A stretch of DNA of 64,000 nt from Leucoraja ocellata (taxonomy: Eukaryota), in contig JAWMAR010000416.1 in NCBI GenBank assembly GCA_036785375.1, positions 930,001-994,000 of the forward strand, read 5' to 3'. The notes under the pieces were generated by a model. The model did not search any database. It was not told the DNA's origin and worked only from the letters and a program-made list of their open reading frames with translations. This document shows, in pieces, positions 11,641 through 26,339 of this stretch. Made by a program: the position numbers and the translations under genes. How positions within the stretch are numbered: the first letter of the stretch is position 1; each line of letters starts with the position of its first letter.

Positions 11641-14600
11641 AACTCGCACTAAATTACAACATGTAAGAAGCACTTGAATCGGTAAAGCATAATCGGCTGC
11701 GGATCAAGTGCTAGTGCATTAGATTAGTCTGGAAAGGCACTTGAAGGTCGGCTTGGGTGACCGAAGGGCCCATTTCTATGCTATAGGATAGACACAAAAA
11801 GCTGGAGTAACTCAGCGGCTCAGACTGTATCTGCGAAAGGACTCAGTGGCGCTATAAATAGTGGCTTCAATGTTCAAAACTCCCTGAGAAACCCAGAAAA
11901 GTATTTTCAAAATAGGAAATGATAACATCGGATTACTAAAATCTTGGTTAAAGTCATGTGCTTTAAGGACCATTTTCAGGAAGAAATAGGGCACACCTCT
12001 GGGGACTTATTAGTATAAATGTCTGATTAATAAAATATTAATCAAGGAGATTTGATTAGTACAGGTGTCGGGGTTATGGGGAGGAGGCAGGAGAATTGGA
12101 ATAGGAAGGAGAGATATATCAGCCATGATTGAACGGTGGAGTAGACTTGATGGGCCGAATGGCCTAATTCTACTCCTACTCCTTATTGCTTAAAGGTTTG
12201 GCATAGATTTGTGGGGTGGAATGATTAATTCCAAGGATGAGTAAGAGGCAGGATTCGGAAGGGGTAAATATCCCACAGGGTTATAACCCAGTGGCGTTTG
12301 CATGGAGAGTGTGAACTTTTCAAGTCAAGTCGAGTTTGTTATATGCACAAGTACCGTGAGGTACAGCTACAATGAAAATCTTGCTTGCAGCAGCATCACA
12401 TTCACAAAGACTCAGTAAACACTCAAAAACACAAATGATATGGAAATTATACACATTCTGCAAGAGAGTAAAGGAAAAAGGTTTAGTTTAGATATACAGC
12501 GCTGAAACAGGCCCTTCAGCCCACCAAGTCCGCACCGACCAGCAATCCCCACACATTAACACCTCTCTTCACGCACTAGGGACAATTTTACATTTATACC
12601 AAGCCAATTAACCTTTGGAGTGTGTTCAAAAAACAAAGTGCAAAACAGATTTTGACAAAAGGTATTGCAAGAGAAGGTCCGTAAGTGTTCCATTGCAGTT
12701 TATATAACCATATAGATTAGGAATGTGGCTAAGAAACAATAAGGTTATCAAATGTTTTTATGACGTAGGCATTAGTGTGCATTACAATTAGATCACATTA
12801 TTTTAGAGGCTGGGGAGGAAGGCAAATTGGAGGAACAGCACATCACCTTGGGCATCTTACAATGATTTTACATGTAGAGATGCTTTTCATAGTCAATAAT
12901 ATACATGTGCTTGAAGATAAGGCTGAGAATGCAGAAAGATTCAATGCTGAAGTGATGGAATAAAAAAATAATCTTACTCACAGAAATCATCTCTTATATC
13001 TTACACTCCCAATATGTAGGAAGGAACTGCAGATGTTGGTGTACACTGAAGATAGACACAAAATGCTGGAGTAACTCAGCGGGACAGGCAGCATGTCTGG
13101 AGGGAAGGAATGGGTGATGTTTTTGGTCGAGACCCTTCTGAATAAATGGGGGACGTTTCGGGTCGAGAACCTTCTTCTGATAACTCATAGAAACCAAAGG
13201 CAAACAGGAAAGCTCGTTTTTTTGGGGGGGTTTTATTATTTATTTTTATTAGAAGCAATTGTACAAAGAGAGAATGATCGACATAACAGTTATACAATTT
13301 TCGTACTGTTTCAGTTTTAACATTTTATGAATTAATAGCTAGATCGAAAAAAAGGAAAAAGGAAAAAAGGGAAAGAAAGAAGAAAAGAGAAAGAAAAGAA
13401 AGAATTTCAAGAAAAACACAAAAATGGTTGCATTATGCTCCAGAGTTGCCAATAATGGGTTGTGATCTATAAAAACACATCCAGTTGCAACTAATAGTCT
13501 TTTACCATTTGCAGGTAGTTTAGTTTAGAGATACAACGTGGAAACAGGCCCTTTGGCCCACCGAGTCCACACTGATCAGCGATCCCCGCACACTAACACT
13601 ATCCAACATGCCAGGAACACTTTACCATTTTACTGTAGCCAATTAACCTACAAACCTGTACGTCTTTGAACAGTGGGAGCACCCAGGGAAAACCCAGGCA
13701 GGTCACGGGGAGAACATGCAACTGGACTTTAAGGTCTTAGGAGAGAATTTAGCTCTGCAGATCAATGCAATTGGACGAATAAAAGTACATATCTGCCTTG
13801 ATCATGATGTGACAATAATCTAATCCCATCTTCCCGCTGATGGTCCCTATCTTTGTATTCATTACCTTCTTTACCACCGCGGCCACTTCCATTGCTACTT
13901 TCAGAGCAACCTAAGATCCCTCTGTTTAGCAGTGTTCCTAAAGATCCTACCATTTACTGTTTACTTTCCTCTTGCATTTGGCAAATATAACATATCTCAC
14001 GCCCACATTACATTCCAATTGCCATTTTCTGCCCAAGTTTTGAACGGATCTATCTTCTGTTTTATCATAGAACAAAAAACAGCATTGCACAGGAACAGGG
14101 CCCTTGACCCACATATTTCTTCCCACAGGACATACAAAAACAAATAAAAAACCTGTATGTTACATTGTTTAATAGAGATTCATTACACAAGTAACAATAG
14201 AGGTGATTACTTGTCATTTCCAATGGCCACCCTTATTCCAAAGAGACAATGGCATCAATTACTACAAGGTAACAAATATTTTTTTTCCAGACTTTCTAGA
14301 GTGCAGGAGGATGAGGGGTGGGGGGTGATCTTATGGAGGTGTACAAAATCTTGAGAGGAATAGATTGGGTAAACAAAATCTTGAGAGGAATAGATTGGGT
14401 AAACACAATCTTTGGTAAAGACTCTTGCCTACAGTAGGGGAATCGAGAACCAGAGGACATAGGTTTAAGGTGAGAGTGGAAAGATTTAATAGGAAACTCA
14501 GGGGAAACTTTTTCACATAAACTTTTGGGTGTATGGAATGGGATGCTGGAGGAGGTAGTTGAGGCTGGGACTATGGGTCAAATTTAGGGATATGGGCCAA

Positions 14601-17597
14601 ACGCAGGCAGGTGGGACTGGTGTAGATGGGACATGGTGGTCAGTATGGGCAAGTTTCCATGCTGTATCACTTTATGAATCTATGCCATAAATGAAAGATT
14701 TTCCTAAGGCAGCTTTTTTTTCCTCCTTATCAATTTCCAAGGTGACTTTTAAGTGTTTTTCTAGTTCCTGAACAAAATGGTCTTCAAAATGCAGATGGTC
14801 TTTTGTGATTCATCAATCTCAATATCCAAGTAGTCATTGAGGAACCCACCCACTTCATCTGGATTAATTGACAAATTCACTCATTTGCCTATGAGTGGAT
14901 CTACACTTTCCCTCACCACTCTCTTGTTTCCTAATGTGGATTGATTGATTGATTGAAACAATGAAGCATGGAAACAGGCCCTTCGGCCCACAGAGTCCAC
15001 GTCGACCATCGATCGATCACCCGTTCACAATTGTTTTTATTTTATCCCATTTCAGTATCCACTCTAGATGCACTTAGGGCAATTTAATGAGGCCAACCCG
15101 CATGTCTTTAGAATCTGGGAGCAAAACAGAGCACTGGAGCAAACCCACACGGTCAGAGTCAACGTGCAAACTCTGCACAGAAAGCACCCGAGATCAGGAT
15201 CAAATCTGGGTCTCTGGCGTTGTGAAGCAGCAGCTCTATCAACTGTGCTAAATTGCCTTGGGGCTATCCTTAATCCTACTTCTCAAGGTCACTTCCAGGC
15301 ATTTTTTTAGACCTCTTAATTTTTGAAGATTCTGAAGAAGAGTCTCGACCCAAAACATCACCTATTCCTTTCCTCCAGAGATGCTGCCTGGCCCGGTGAG
15401 TTACTCCAGTTTTTTGTGTCCATCTTCGTAAACCAGCAGCTGCAGTTCCTTCCTACACTCTTAATTTTTTTGTTATTTTCTGCTTGTTTTATTTTGGTCA
15501 CGGACCTCATCTGATTTCAGCTTCTTAAACAATACACTTCCTCTTCTTCTTCCTTTCTCGGACATACGAAATAGAAGAGCAGAGGAACAGGCCGTTTGGC
15601 CCAAATTTTCACGTTGTAGATGATGCCAGGTTAAACTAATCTCCCCTGCCTTCACAAGATCCACATACCTCTATTGTCTGCGTATCTATGTACCTATCCT
15701 CCTAAATGCCACTATCACATCTACCTCACCAACACCCGTGGTAGAACATTCCAGCTACGTTCCACGCCTTCTGTAAAAGAACATGTCCTTTAAATCCCAC
15801 ATCTCCTCTAATTTTTTATGTAAGAAAGAACTGCAGATGCGACTTTAAATCGAAGGTAGACACAAAATGCTGGAGTAACTCAGCGGGTGAGGCAGCATCT
15901 CTGGAGAGAAGGAATGGGCGCTGTTTCGGGTCTGAAGAAGGGACTCCACCTTCCTTTAATTTTTTTCTCAGTTTAAAGCTATCCCTTCTAGTCTTGCATT
16001 TCCATCCTGGGAAAAGGCTTCGGAATGGATCCCTAACCCTCCCTATGCCACTCATCATTTTACATACTTCTATCAGGTCTCCCCTCAGTCTCCGACACTC
16101 CAGCGGTAACAATCCAAGTTTGTCCAAACTACACCTTGTCCAAAGCCTCCACACCCTTCCAGTAATGGGGCGACCAGGACCGCATGCTATACTCTAGATT
16201 CAGGCTAACCAGAGTCCAATAAAACTGAAACATGACTTCCTGACTTATACTCAATGCCACAACCAATGAAGGCAAGCATACCATATGCCATCTTTACCAC
16301 TCTATCTACTTGTGTTGCCCCGAGTAGCTGTGGAGTTGGACTGAAAGATCTCTCTATACATCAGTGCTGTTCAGGGTCTTACCATTAACTGTATACTTTC
16401 TCCTTACCTTCAACCTCCCAAAGTGCAACACCTCAAACTTGCAACATTTCTTGACACCAGAGGTTTCCTTATCTTTTATTTTCACAGGAATACGCTGGTT
16501 CTGAATTCTAATCAACCGGTTTTAAAAGACTCCCACATGTCAAATGTAGATTTAGACTCAAACAGGTGCCCTCAATCTACTTCCCTACTTCCTGACGAAT
16601 ACTGTTGTAATTAGCTTTCCCCGGGTTAAGCACGTTCTTATCCTGAACTATAACTATCTTGAAACTTATGGAATTATGGTCACTGGTCCTAAAATACTCT
16701 CCTACTGAAACTTTGATCACCTAGCCAGGCTCATTCTCCAACGTATAGTCAAGTATGGACCCTGGTTGGACTATGTATATGTTATTTCAAGAAATTCTCC
16801 TGGATGCACATATTAAATTCTGTCCCATCTTAGCCCCGAGCACTCAAGTCCCAGTCGATTTTAGGGAATTTTCAATCACCCACGACAATAACCTTGTTAT
16901 TTTTCCATCTTTCCAATCTGCCTGCCAATATGGGACAATCTTTTGTGTAGCAAAGGACTGCAGCTGCTGGTTTACACAAAAAATAGACACAAAATGCTGG
17001 AGTTACTCAGCGGGACAGGATGCATCTCTGGATAGAAGGAATTGATGATGTTTCCGATTGAGACCCTTCTTCAGACTGGCAGTCAGGGGAGATGGAGACA
17101 GAGGTAAGGAATGGTAAAGTGTGAAAATGAGACATCAAGGGGGATGCGGATCAAGGAAAATGTAGAACACCCATGCTTTCCCTCTCTCTCCATCCCTCCC
17201 CCATCCTAGTTCTCCGACTAGTCTGACTATTCCATTGATTACATTTTATCTCTATACTTTGTTGGCTCCTTCCTCTGGCTAACAATGATCTATTCTGCAT
17301 TTCCCTTGATTCTCATTCAGCATTTTGTGTCTATCTTAGTGTGATCTTTTGTATTGTCCACAGAGAGGTACATTTGACCCTGATTTGGCATCTTGTCCAT
17401 GATCCGTGTAAATATGTGACAAATCGGGTTTAGACAATAGACAATAGACAATGAACAATGGACAATAGACAGTAAACAAAACATGAATCTTATCAACTGT
17501 GCACACTGATGCAAGAAAGATGATGAAGTATTTTGTTCAATGACGACTGTATATTTTAAGTTCACTTATATATGCTTTTATATGTCCGGAAATATTA

Positions 17598-18125
17598 AAA
17601 TCTGGTTTGGGAATTGCTCTGCCCAGGACAAGAAGGCTCTGCAGAGAGTAGTGCTTTCGGCCGAACGCACTATGGGAACTTCACTCGCCCCCCTGCAGGA
17701 ACTTTACATCAGGAGGTGCAAACCAATAAAATCATGGGAGACCCCTTCCACCCATGCAACGGACTGTTCCAGCTGCTACGGTCAGGCAAACGCCTCCGTT
17801 GCCATGCTGTGAGAACGGAGAGGTTGAGAAGGAGTTTCTTCCCAGAGGCCATTAGAACTGTAAACTCTTATCTCACCAGGGACTAACTTTTACTGTACAC
17901 CTCTACTGCTTTTTTTTAAATTGCTGTTTTTTTCCCTTTTTCCTTCCCCCCCACAATATTTAATATGTAAAATAATATGTGATTCTGTTCCATTCTGTTT
18001 GTAGTTTGTTTGGTTGTTTGTTTGTTTGTCTTTTTGCACAAAGTCCGCGAGCATTGCCACTTTTCATTTCACTGCACATCTCGTATGTGTATGTGACGAA
18101 TAAACTTGACTCGACTTGACTTGAC
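17598..18125 (+). mobile_element. Rex1/Babar-like LINE 3' fragment
   Basis: WFGNCSAQDKKALQRVV…GKRLR…RLRRSFFPEAIR, ending in AATAAA(CTTGA)n. Confidence 0.75.
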
Positions 18126-20514
18126 ATGCTTTTGGTAGGACCAATAAAGTTGCTCATTTGCTATGAGTTACTTCGAACAAAATTCAATTTCTTGACCCTT
18201 TTCCAAACTTTTCTTCCGTATGGCTTTTGAAGTGAGAAGAAACTGGCCTTTATTAACAATGGGCAAAAATAAAGGTGCTGGGGGAACTCAGTGGGTTAGC
18301 CAACATCTGTGGAGGAAGGAACTGCAGATGCTGGCTGGAACCACTGTCATCGAGAAGAAGGTACAGGAGCTTGAAAACTGTAACGTTCAGGTTCAGGAAG
18401 AGCTTCTTCCCTTCAGTCACCCCTTCAGACACCAAATAAGGTCTGAACTACACCAGACTATTAATATTATTGTACTATAATTGTTTGTTTTTTGAGTATG
18501 TGTGTATGTGTATATACACACACTGAACTTTTTTTTCTCTCGTTTATGTACTGTGTTTACATATTCTGTTTTGCTGCAGCAAGTAAGAATTTAATTGTTC
18601 TATCTGGAACATATGACAATAAAACACCCTTGACACTTGAACGCTTCCTCAGACTGGAAAATAGAATTGGGGGGCAGGGGTTGGAAACTTGGGAAACAAA
18701 TTGTTGAGGCTAACAAAGACCTCAGGTACACCAATGGGCCATTATGGTCTCCACCCTTCCTGAGGTCATCTGTTGCCAGCCCTGCTTTGCTCTGGCCTTT
18801 TGTCACCCCCAATTTCTACCCCAACCAACCCCACCCATCTTTCAGGAAGGGTCCTGGACCAAAACCTCACCTATTCCTTTTCTCTGGAGATGCTGCCTGA
18901 TCCCCTGAGTTACTCCAGCATTTTGTGGCTATCTTTAGCATCTGCGGAGGGAATGGACAGACAACATTTTGGGTGAGGACCCTTCATGGACTGGTTTGAC
19001 ACCTGGTTTAATCAGTATTTGTGTCTTGGCCCGGATGATTCCTGTGCAGGCATCTTTAAAGATGTCATCATAATTAGATAACAATGTCTATTAACTTTGA
19101 TGCATCCAGAATATTTTCTTCCAACTGGGTTTCAATTTTGGAGGTCAGTTTTCAAATTTTGCACAGCCGAAGCTAATCTGTTTCAAGAATGGCTTGCCAC
19201 TCATCAGGAATGTGGTCTCAGTGTCCTGTACTTATTCAGTGTGGTTGCTTGTAGCAAAGATGCTGTGCAAATTAAATCCTGTGTCCCCTGAAGCAGTAGT
19301 AAAAATGCACACATTCCCTCCTCACAACATTTTACGGGAAAACGATTCTCTCTCTGCTGGGTTACATTAACATGGATCCTTTCAACTGTGCACATTAATG
19401 CAAGAAAGATGATAATGTATTTTGTTAATTGACGACTGTATATTTTATGGTAGACTTTTGTCTACCTTCAATTTTCTGCAGTTCCTTCTTAAACACTATA
19501 TATTTTAAGTTCACTTTGTGGTTGCTGTGCTATCTAACCTGCTCTTATGTGCTTTGGGTAGGACCACTATTAGTTGTCCAATTGCTCTGTGTTGCGTTGA
19601 CCATCCATGTTCCCTGATTATAATACACCATCTCTTCCCTTATTACAAGCAGCTCTTGCATATCCATCCAACTGCATTAGTGTTTAGTTTCTTTAAAATA
19701 TCAATTATTAGGAGAATGACTGCTAGTACAATTGTCAAATCTGGTTTATACCACGTGCGGTATCGCTACATGCGGTATGTTACTAGATCAAACTTTGGGA
19801 CTCATCTTTTGACTGTAGGTTACTTTATGCATGTGGGTGGTGTGACAAAATCTACTGGCAGGTTTGGCAATTCCATAAAGGTTGTAGCCTACCAAGAGAA
19901 ATCAAAGGGGATACCTTCTTACCCATGTTAGAGTCATAGAGTCAGGGAGTGATACAGCGTGAAAACAGGCCCTCCGGCCCAACTTGCCCACACCGGCCAA
20001 CATGCCCAGCTACACTAGACCTACCTGCCCATGTTTGGTCCATATCCCTCCAAACCTGGCCTATCCATATACCGGTCCTACTGCTTCTTAAATGTTGGTA
20101 TAGTCCCAGTCTCAACTACATCTTCAGGCAGCTTATTCCACACATCCACCTTTGTGTGAAAAAGTTACACTTCACCTTAAACCGATGTCCTCTGGTCCTC
20201 GATTCACCTACTCTGGGCAAGAGACTCTGTGCATCTACACAATCTATTCCTCTCATGATTTTATACACCTCAATGAGATCACCCCTCATCCTCCTGTGCT
20301 CCAAGGAATAGAGACCCAGCCTACTCAACCTCTCCATATAGCTCACACCCTATAGCCCTGACACACCCTGTAGACCTATACATTCCAGCCCCTGTGTGTC
20401 TATTAGTCTCAGAACAACAGTAGGCACTGTGTGCTCCTTTTCCAGGGTCACCCAGGGAAGAGAGGTATTTCTGCAGTATTTACATGCAGCATCCAATAGA
20501 TTGATACAAAACGT

Positions 20515-21232
20515 AGTTTAGTTTAGTTTAGTTTAGTTTAGAGATACAGGGTGGAAACAGGCCCTATGGCCCACTGAGTCCATGTCGACCAGCGATCCCC
20601 CCACATTAACACTGTCCTACTCACACTAGGGACAATTTACACTTATACAAAGCCAATTAACCTACAAACCTGCACGTCTTTGTAGTGTGGGAGAAAACCG
20701 AAGATCTTGGAGAAAACCCACATGGTCACGGGGAGAACATACACACTCCATACAGATAGCACCCATAGTCAGGATCGAACCTGGGTCTCCGGCACTGCAA
20801 GCGCTGTAAAGCTCCTGTCCCACTTAGGAGACCTAAACAGCAACCTCTGGTGACCTTGCCCATCACCCAAGGTTTCCATGAGGTTACCGGAGGTTTTGGT
20901 CACACTCCCTAATGGTCGAAAGTGGTTTCCGCGTAGTTGAGGATTCATCTAAGTTGCTGCTATTTTTTCATCATGATTAAAACCGGCCTCGACTAAAAAT
21001 AGGTAGCCATTTTAAAAATCGATAATTTTTTAGTCGCAGGTCTAGTCGAAGCCAGTTTTCTTCATAGTCGAGGAAGGTTATCAACATATGCGTGGGAGGT
21101 GGTAGGAGGTTGCAGGTCACCTCGACCTTGATTTTTTTTTGGGTGGCGGGAAAGGACACCAGAGGTTGCTGTTTAGATCTTCTAAGAGGGACAGGGGCTT
21201 AAGGCAGCAACTCCACTGCTGCTCCACTGTGC
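20515..21232 (-). mobile_element. V-SINE (HE1-like) interrupted by Harbinger MITE 2
   Basis: (GTTTA)n tail, V-domain and tRNA head. The SINE sequence GCGCTGTAAGGCAGC is split at TAA. Confidence 0.8.
20810..21199. mobile_element. PIF/Harbinger-type MITE 2
   Basis: ~45-bp imperfect TIR AGCTCCTGTCCCACTTAGGAGACCTAAACAGCAACCTCTGGTG; TAA TSD at 20807-20809 and 21200-21202. Confidence 0.85.
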
Positions 21233-23317
21233 TGCCCATTAACTGTCCATCTGTGTATATGATGTAAGCATCAAGCATTGGTATTTCTTGCTATTACGCA
21301 AGAATAAAGTATACACTCTTATTTTGAAACTCTGAGTGTTCTATATATGTTATTGAGGTTAGAGCCTGCCAACTCTTACATCATGGTGCATAGTCCAACC
21401 CAAATAAACATAACTGCCCTATATTGCTTATTAATTATCAATTCTAATCATTGTGAAAATAGTTTCATTCTCTTCTCCATGGTGATAAATTACAATTATT
21501 ATCTACACTGTTGATATTTTCATTTCCTTGCTAGTCAACAATGGATTTGTCATACAAATTCTCATAGCGTAAGGTGATATGTCACCAATTGTGAATAAGC
21601 ATTTGGTTTCGGGAAATAATAAAAAAAAAATATCAGTATCATTTTTGTAATCATGTCTTGTGTAGAATATGCATTTCTGAATTTAAGTAAACAAGAATTT
21701 TCATGAGCGATAGCCGAGTAGATTTATAGAACGGAGCTGGTAATTCTCACGCATTGAGTGTGAGATTCACGCATTTCGCCCAATTCTCATGCTCTCACGC
21801 GGATCACAGAATTTCCCACGCTCTGTCGTGAGAAATTCTGTGATCAACGAGAATTTCAAAACAAATATCAACTGCTTGTGTGCGTGTCTGTTGACAAGAC
21901 GGCAGCATTCTTATTCTTTGTTATTCTCACTTGACCGAACCATCACACACCTCCAAACCATGTCCCCATACAAATTTACATTGAAAGACAAAGACGGAGC
22001 AGTGAATGAGTGTCACCCAGCACAGCAAGTAAGGCCAGTCGGAATTTAAGGATTTGCGGGAAGCGGTTGACATGAGCAAGGCCGGCGAGCGGCAGGAGAG
22101 AGGTACATGGGCAACGGAACCGGGGGGGGGGGGGGGGGCTGCAGCCCTCCTCTTTTTTGGCTAGACACGTTTCAAAATCTCCAGCTTTGGACGAGGCGCT
22201 GCAGTGCTCTGAGCAACCTGGTCGTGGGTGTTGGAGAGCCGGGGCGGAGAGAGGGATGGAAGCAGAAGCAGCGAAGGGGACTCATGTCGATGGGACATGT
22301 TTGTGGGTGTGGGCAAGTTGGGCTGAAGGCCCTGTTTCTGCACTGTAAGACTGACTCTATGACTATGGATGGAGAATTAGGTGAGTTCTGCCAAACCCGG
22401 GTTTGAATTGCCGAGGGATTTGGATTTTGCAGCCATTGGGTCAGGACCCAGCAGGTTTAGAGAGGCGAGGCCGGGGGGGGGGGGGGGGGGGTCTTGCGGC
22501 AATCAGAGGGTTTAATAAAAGTGAGAAACACAAATGTAGCAACGGGAGGATGGCGAGAGCTTCCCGTCTGCTTCACAGATGTGAAAGCTTTGCCTGGGGA
22601 GCTGCTCCCTCCTCCACTTACGGTGCTTGCGACACTGGGAATGTAAGCGAGAAGGAGGGAGGCGGTGGAGACCAACTCTGGCCAACTTGGCCGAATCATC
22701 AACACCTTCCACAAGGTCCACTCCACCACTGCCCCCTCTGCTGCCACCTCCTTCTCCTCCTCCCCTGTGGTCGCCATCAGATTCCACTTCCACCAGATGG
22801 AAGAAGTTGGCTACTCCAGAGGAGAAGGAGGCGGCAGTGGAGCATGGAGCAGTGGAGTGGACCAAGCAACGGCTGACAAGAAGGAAGGATGTCGGGTGTA
22901 TGGAACAAGCTGCCAGAGCAGGAGGTTGCCAGGACTCGAGGACTTGAGCTATAGGGACCGGATAAGCAGCCGAGGACTCTATTCCTTGGAGCTCAGGAGG
23001 ATGAGGGGTGATCTTATAGAAGTGTATAACATCATGAGAGGAATAGATCGGGTAGATGCACAGAGTCTCTTGCCCAGAGGAGGTGAAATGAGTACCAGAG
23101 GACATAGGTCTAAGTTGAAAGGGAAAGATTTAATAGGAATCTGAGTGGTAACTTTTTCACACAAAGGATGCTTGATCAAAGGTGTATTATCATTAATGTT
23201 TAATTATTATTAATGTTTAGTGTTTTCTGAATCATTCGTAACTGTCAATGTATGTTATGTTGTTACTTGTGGGCAGAGCACCAAGGCAAATTCCTTGTAT
23301 GTGAATACTTGGCCAAT

Positions 23318-23319
<2 letters not shown>

Positions 23320-23386
<67 letters not shown>

Positions 23387-23423
23387 TACTAACTAACCAA
23401 CTAACTAACTACCTAACTAACTA
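23320..23423 (+). repeat. (ACTA)n microsatellite, probably an expanded retroposon tail
   Basis: Direct tandem ACTA repeat following AATAAA. Confidence 0.95.
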
Positions 23424-23905
23424 TGGAACAAGCTGCCAGAGGAGATAGTTGAGGTAGGAACTATCTCAACATTTAAGGAACAGTTAGACAGGTACATGTT
23501 TGGAGGTATATGGACAAAATGCGGGCAGGTGGGACAAATGTAGCTGGGACATGTTGGCTGATGTGTGCAAGTTGGGCCGAAGGGCCTGTTTCCACACTGT
23601 ATCACTCTATGACTATGAGTCTAAGAAGCAGCAGCTGGTGAGAAAGGAGGGAGCCCCATGGTAACCGAGTGTGTCCTGTCGATGGCAGCGGCCTGAAGAA
23701 AGCGCTGTCAGCCAGGGGCTACAAAGTGAGCCACAACAACAGCCGCATCAATGAGACTGTGCTACAGCTGGTGAAGAAGGACTTGCTGGTGTAGTCCAGC
23801 AGTATCACTGCCTCATTTTAGTGAAATGACGCAGTGTTGGAGTCATTAAACAGGTTAGGCAGCATGTCTGGAGGTCATGGATAGGTGATGTCTCGGGTCA
23901 GGACC

Positions 23906-24829
23906 TGTAAGATATTACGGTCGTGGAATGTAGACAGAAAACAAACACAGGTTTCAGTCAAGAAGTTGTCAGTGTGGGTCTTCTTTAATTTAGAAAAGTA
24001 CCCTGCGCATGCTCGCACTCAGATAAGATATGAATATATCTCATGACTCAAATCTCAATAGACAATAGACAATAGGTGCAGGAGTAGGCCATTCATCCCT
24101 TCGAGCCAGCACCGCCATTCAATGTGATCATGGCTGATCATCCCCAATCAGTACCCATTTCCTGCCTTCTCCCCATATCCCGTGACTCCGCTATCTTTAA
24201 GAGCCTCTCTTGAAAGTATCCAGAGAACTGGCCTCCACCGCACTCTGAGGCAGAGAATTTCACAGACTCACAACTCTCTGTGAGAAAAAGTGTTTCCTCA
24301 TCTCCTTTCTAAATGGCTTACCCCTTATTCTTAAACTGTGGCCTTTGGTTCTGGACTCCCCCCAACATCGAGTATGTGTCCAAACGCTTAACAATCTTAT
24401 ATGTTTCAATAAGATCCCCTCTCAGCCTTCTAAACTCCAGAGTGTACAAGCCCAGACGCTCCATTCACTCAGAATATGACAGTCCCGCCATCCTGGAAAT
24501 TAACCTTGCAAACCTACGCTGCACTCCCTCAATAGCAAGAATGTCCTTCCTCAAATTAGGGGACCAAAACTGCACACAATACTCCAGGAGTAGTCTCACT
24601 AGGGCCCTGTACAACTGCAGAAGGACTTCTTTGCTCCTATACTCGACTCCTCTTGTTATAAAAGCCAACATGCCATTCGCTTTCTTCACTGCCTGCTGTA
24701 CCTGCATGCTTACTTTCATAGGCTGATGAACAAGGACCCCCAGATCCCGTTGTTCTTCCCCTTTTCCCAACTTGACGCCATTTAGATAGTACAGTTCTTA
24801 AAGGTACAGTTACCATTATATACGTTACA
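23906..24829 (-). mobile_element. Solo LTR (TGTAA…TTACA) interrupted by a CR1 fragment, itself inserted in a Penelope pseudo-LTR
   Basis: Terminal TGTAA/TTACA with flanks GGACC/GAACC (5-bp TSD, one mismatch). It splits the hammerhead-like motif CGGGTCAGGACC|CTTCTTCAG. Confidence 0.55.
24058..24790 (-). mobile_element. CR1 LINE 3' fragment
   Basis: ORF 24465..24770 QRDLGVLVH…YRALVR…YCVQFWSP, with (CTATTGT)n tail. Confidence 0.9.
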
Positions 24830-26339
24830 GAACCCTTCTTCAGACTGACTGAAGTTTCATGGTTAGGTGACCAGAAACATCACCTAACCATGTTCTCCAG
24901 TGATGCTGCCTGACCTGCTATTAACCAGCATCTGCAGTTCTTTGTTTCTGTGTAATTTTAAGCTGATTCCGACGTGTAAAATCTGACTAAGGATCCACAG
25001 AATGTAACCCTTACATAAGTCGGGGAAAGCCTGTTTTCTCAGAGATAGGCATAGAGAAAGATATTGGCCATAGGCTGTCACCTTTAACCCACAATGACAA
25101 GAACTCGCATATTTCCAGCTTTCATGCATACAGGATGACAAAGTTTAACACCCCAAACACCCGTAAAGTTCCAACAACTTCATGGAATGAAAATAGAACG
25201 GTGTCATTGTGAACTAAAGGACCAAATGGAAATGCGAGGGAACTGAAAAACCAATCCATGCAAAAGTTACAATAACAGAAGAAAATTATTATTCCGCTCT
25301 CTTCTCTCACCACTTCTTCTGATCACATTATATTATCATTTTGCATATCCACATCTATATCACATTTCTCTTCCAACTATGTCCACCTTAAGGAGGATTT
25401 GTCCTCTCTCTGATGGGAGTTCCATCTGCCTCTTCACCATCATGTTCATCTCAATGGTTTCTATTTCCTCTCTTGCCTTGACTTGTGTTGACCAATATTC
25501 GCATCCACCACCATATCTCTTCACTTAACGTATAAGGCATGGACTTATTCTACGTGGATGCCAACTAGAATTCCCATCCTTCACAGTTGCCATGATAAAG
25601 ACCATGTTACAACTTTAGCATCACTACTCTCTTTGACGTGGGAAATAGGGCCAGTGCTTGCCTGGAACAAGGACTGTTCAACGTAGCCAACAAAAAGACA
25701 GGCACTTTATTATATTTTGGTTTAGTTTTGTCAATTAACGTCACGTGTACCGAGGTACATTGGAAGCTTTTGCTTAATTGCTGCCCAGTCAAAGAAATGG
25801 CTAAACGTGAAATTAAGCCATCCTCAGTATCCAGATAGATAAAGGGAACAACATTTAGTGCAATATAAAATCTGATAAACTGCTATGAATGAAAGTTCAA
25901 TTATCTTCATTGACATTGCTGGAAGGTCAGGACATGCCGTAGCTGATGCGAGGATGGTTCAGTTGCCTGAAAATAGCAGGTAAGAAACTGTCCCTTAATC
26001 TGGAGGTGTGCGTTTTCAAACTTCTGTACTTCTTGCCTAATGGGAGAAGGGGGAGTGACCGGGGTGAGACTGGTCCTTAATTATTATGCTGGCCTTGCTG
26101 AGGCAGCGTGAAGTGTAGATGGAGTCAATGTAGAGGAGGTTGGGGGTGAGTGATAGTCTGGGCTGCGTCCACAACTCTCGGCAATTTCACCCGGTCTTGG
26201 ATGGAGTTGCGATGCAACCCAATAAAATGCTGTCTACGGCTCCTCTCTAGAAGTTGGTGAGTTGTTGGGGACATGCCAAGCTTCCTAAGCCTTCTGTGGA
26301 AGTAAAGGGGTCGGTGTGCTTTCTTGGCCACAGCTCCAA

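Noticed and set aside
22403-23144. Several overlapping 100-200-aa ORFs
   Set aside because: Low-complexity GC-rich sequence fused to a CR1 fragment; no host-protein signature or splice support.
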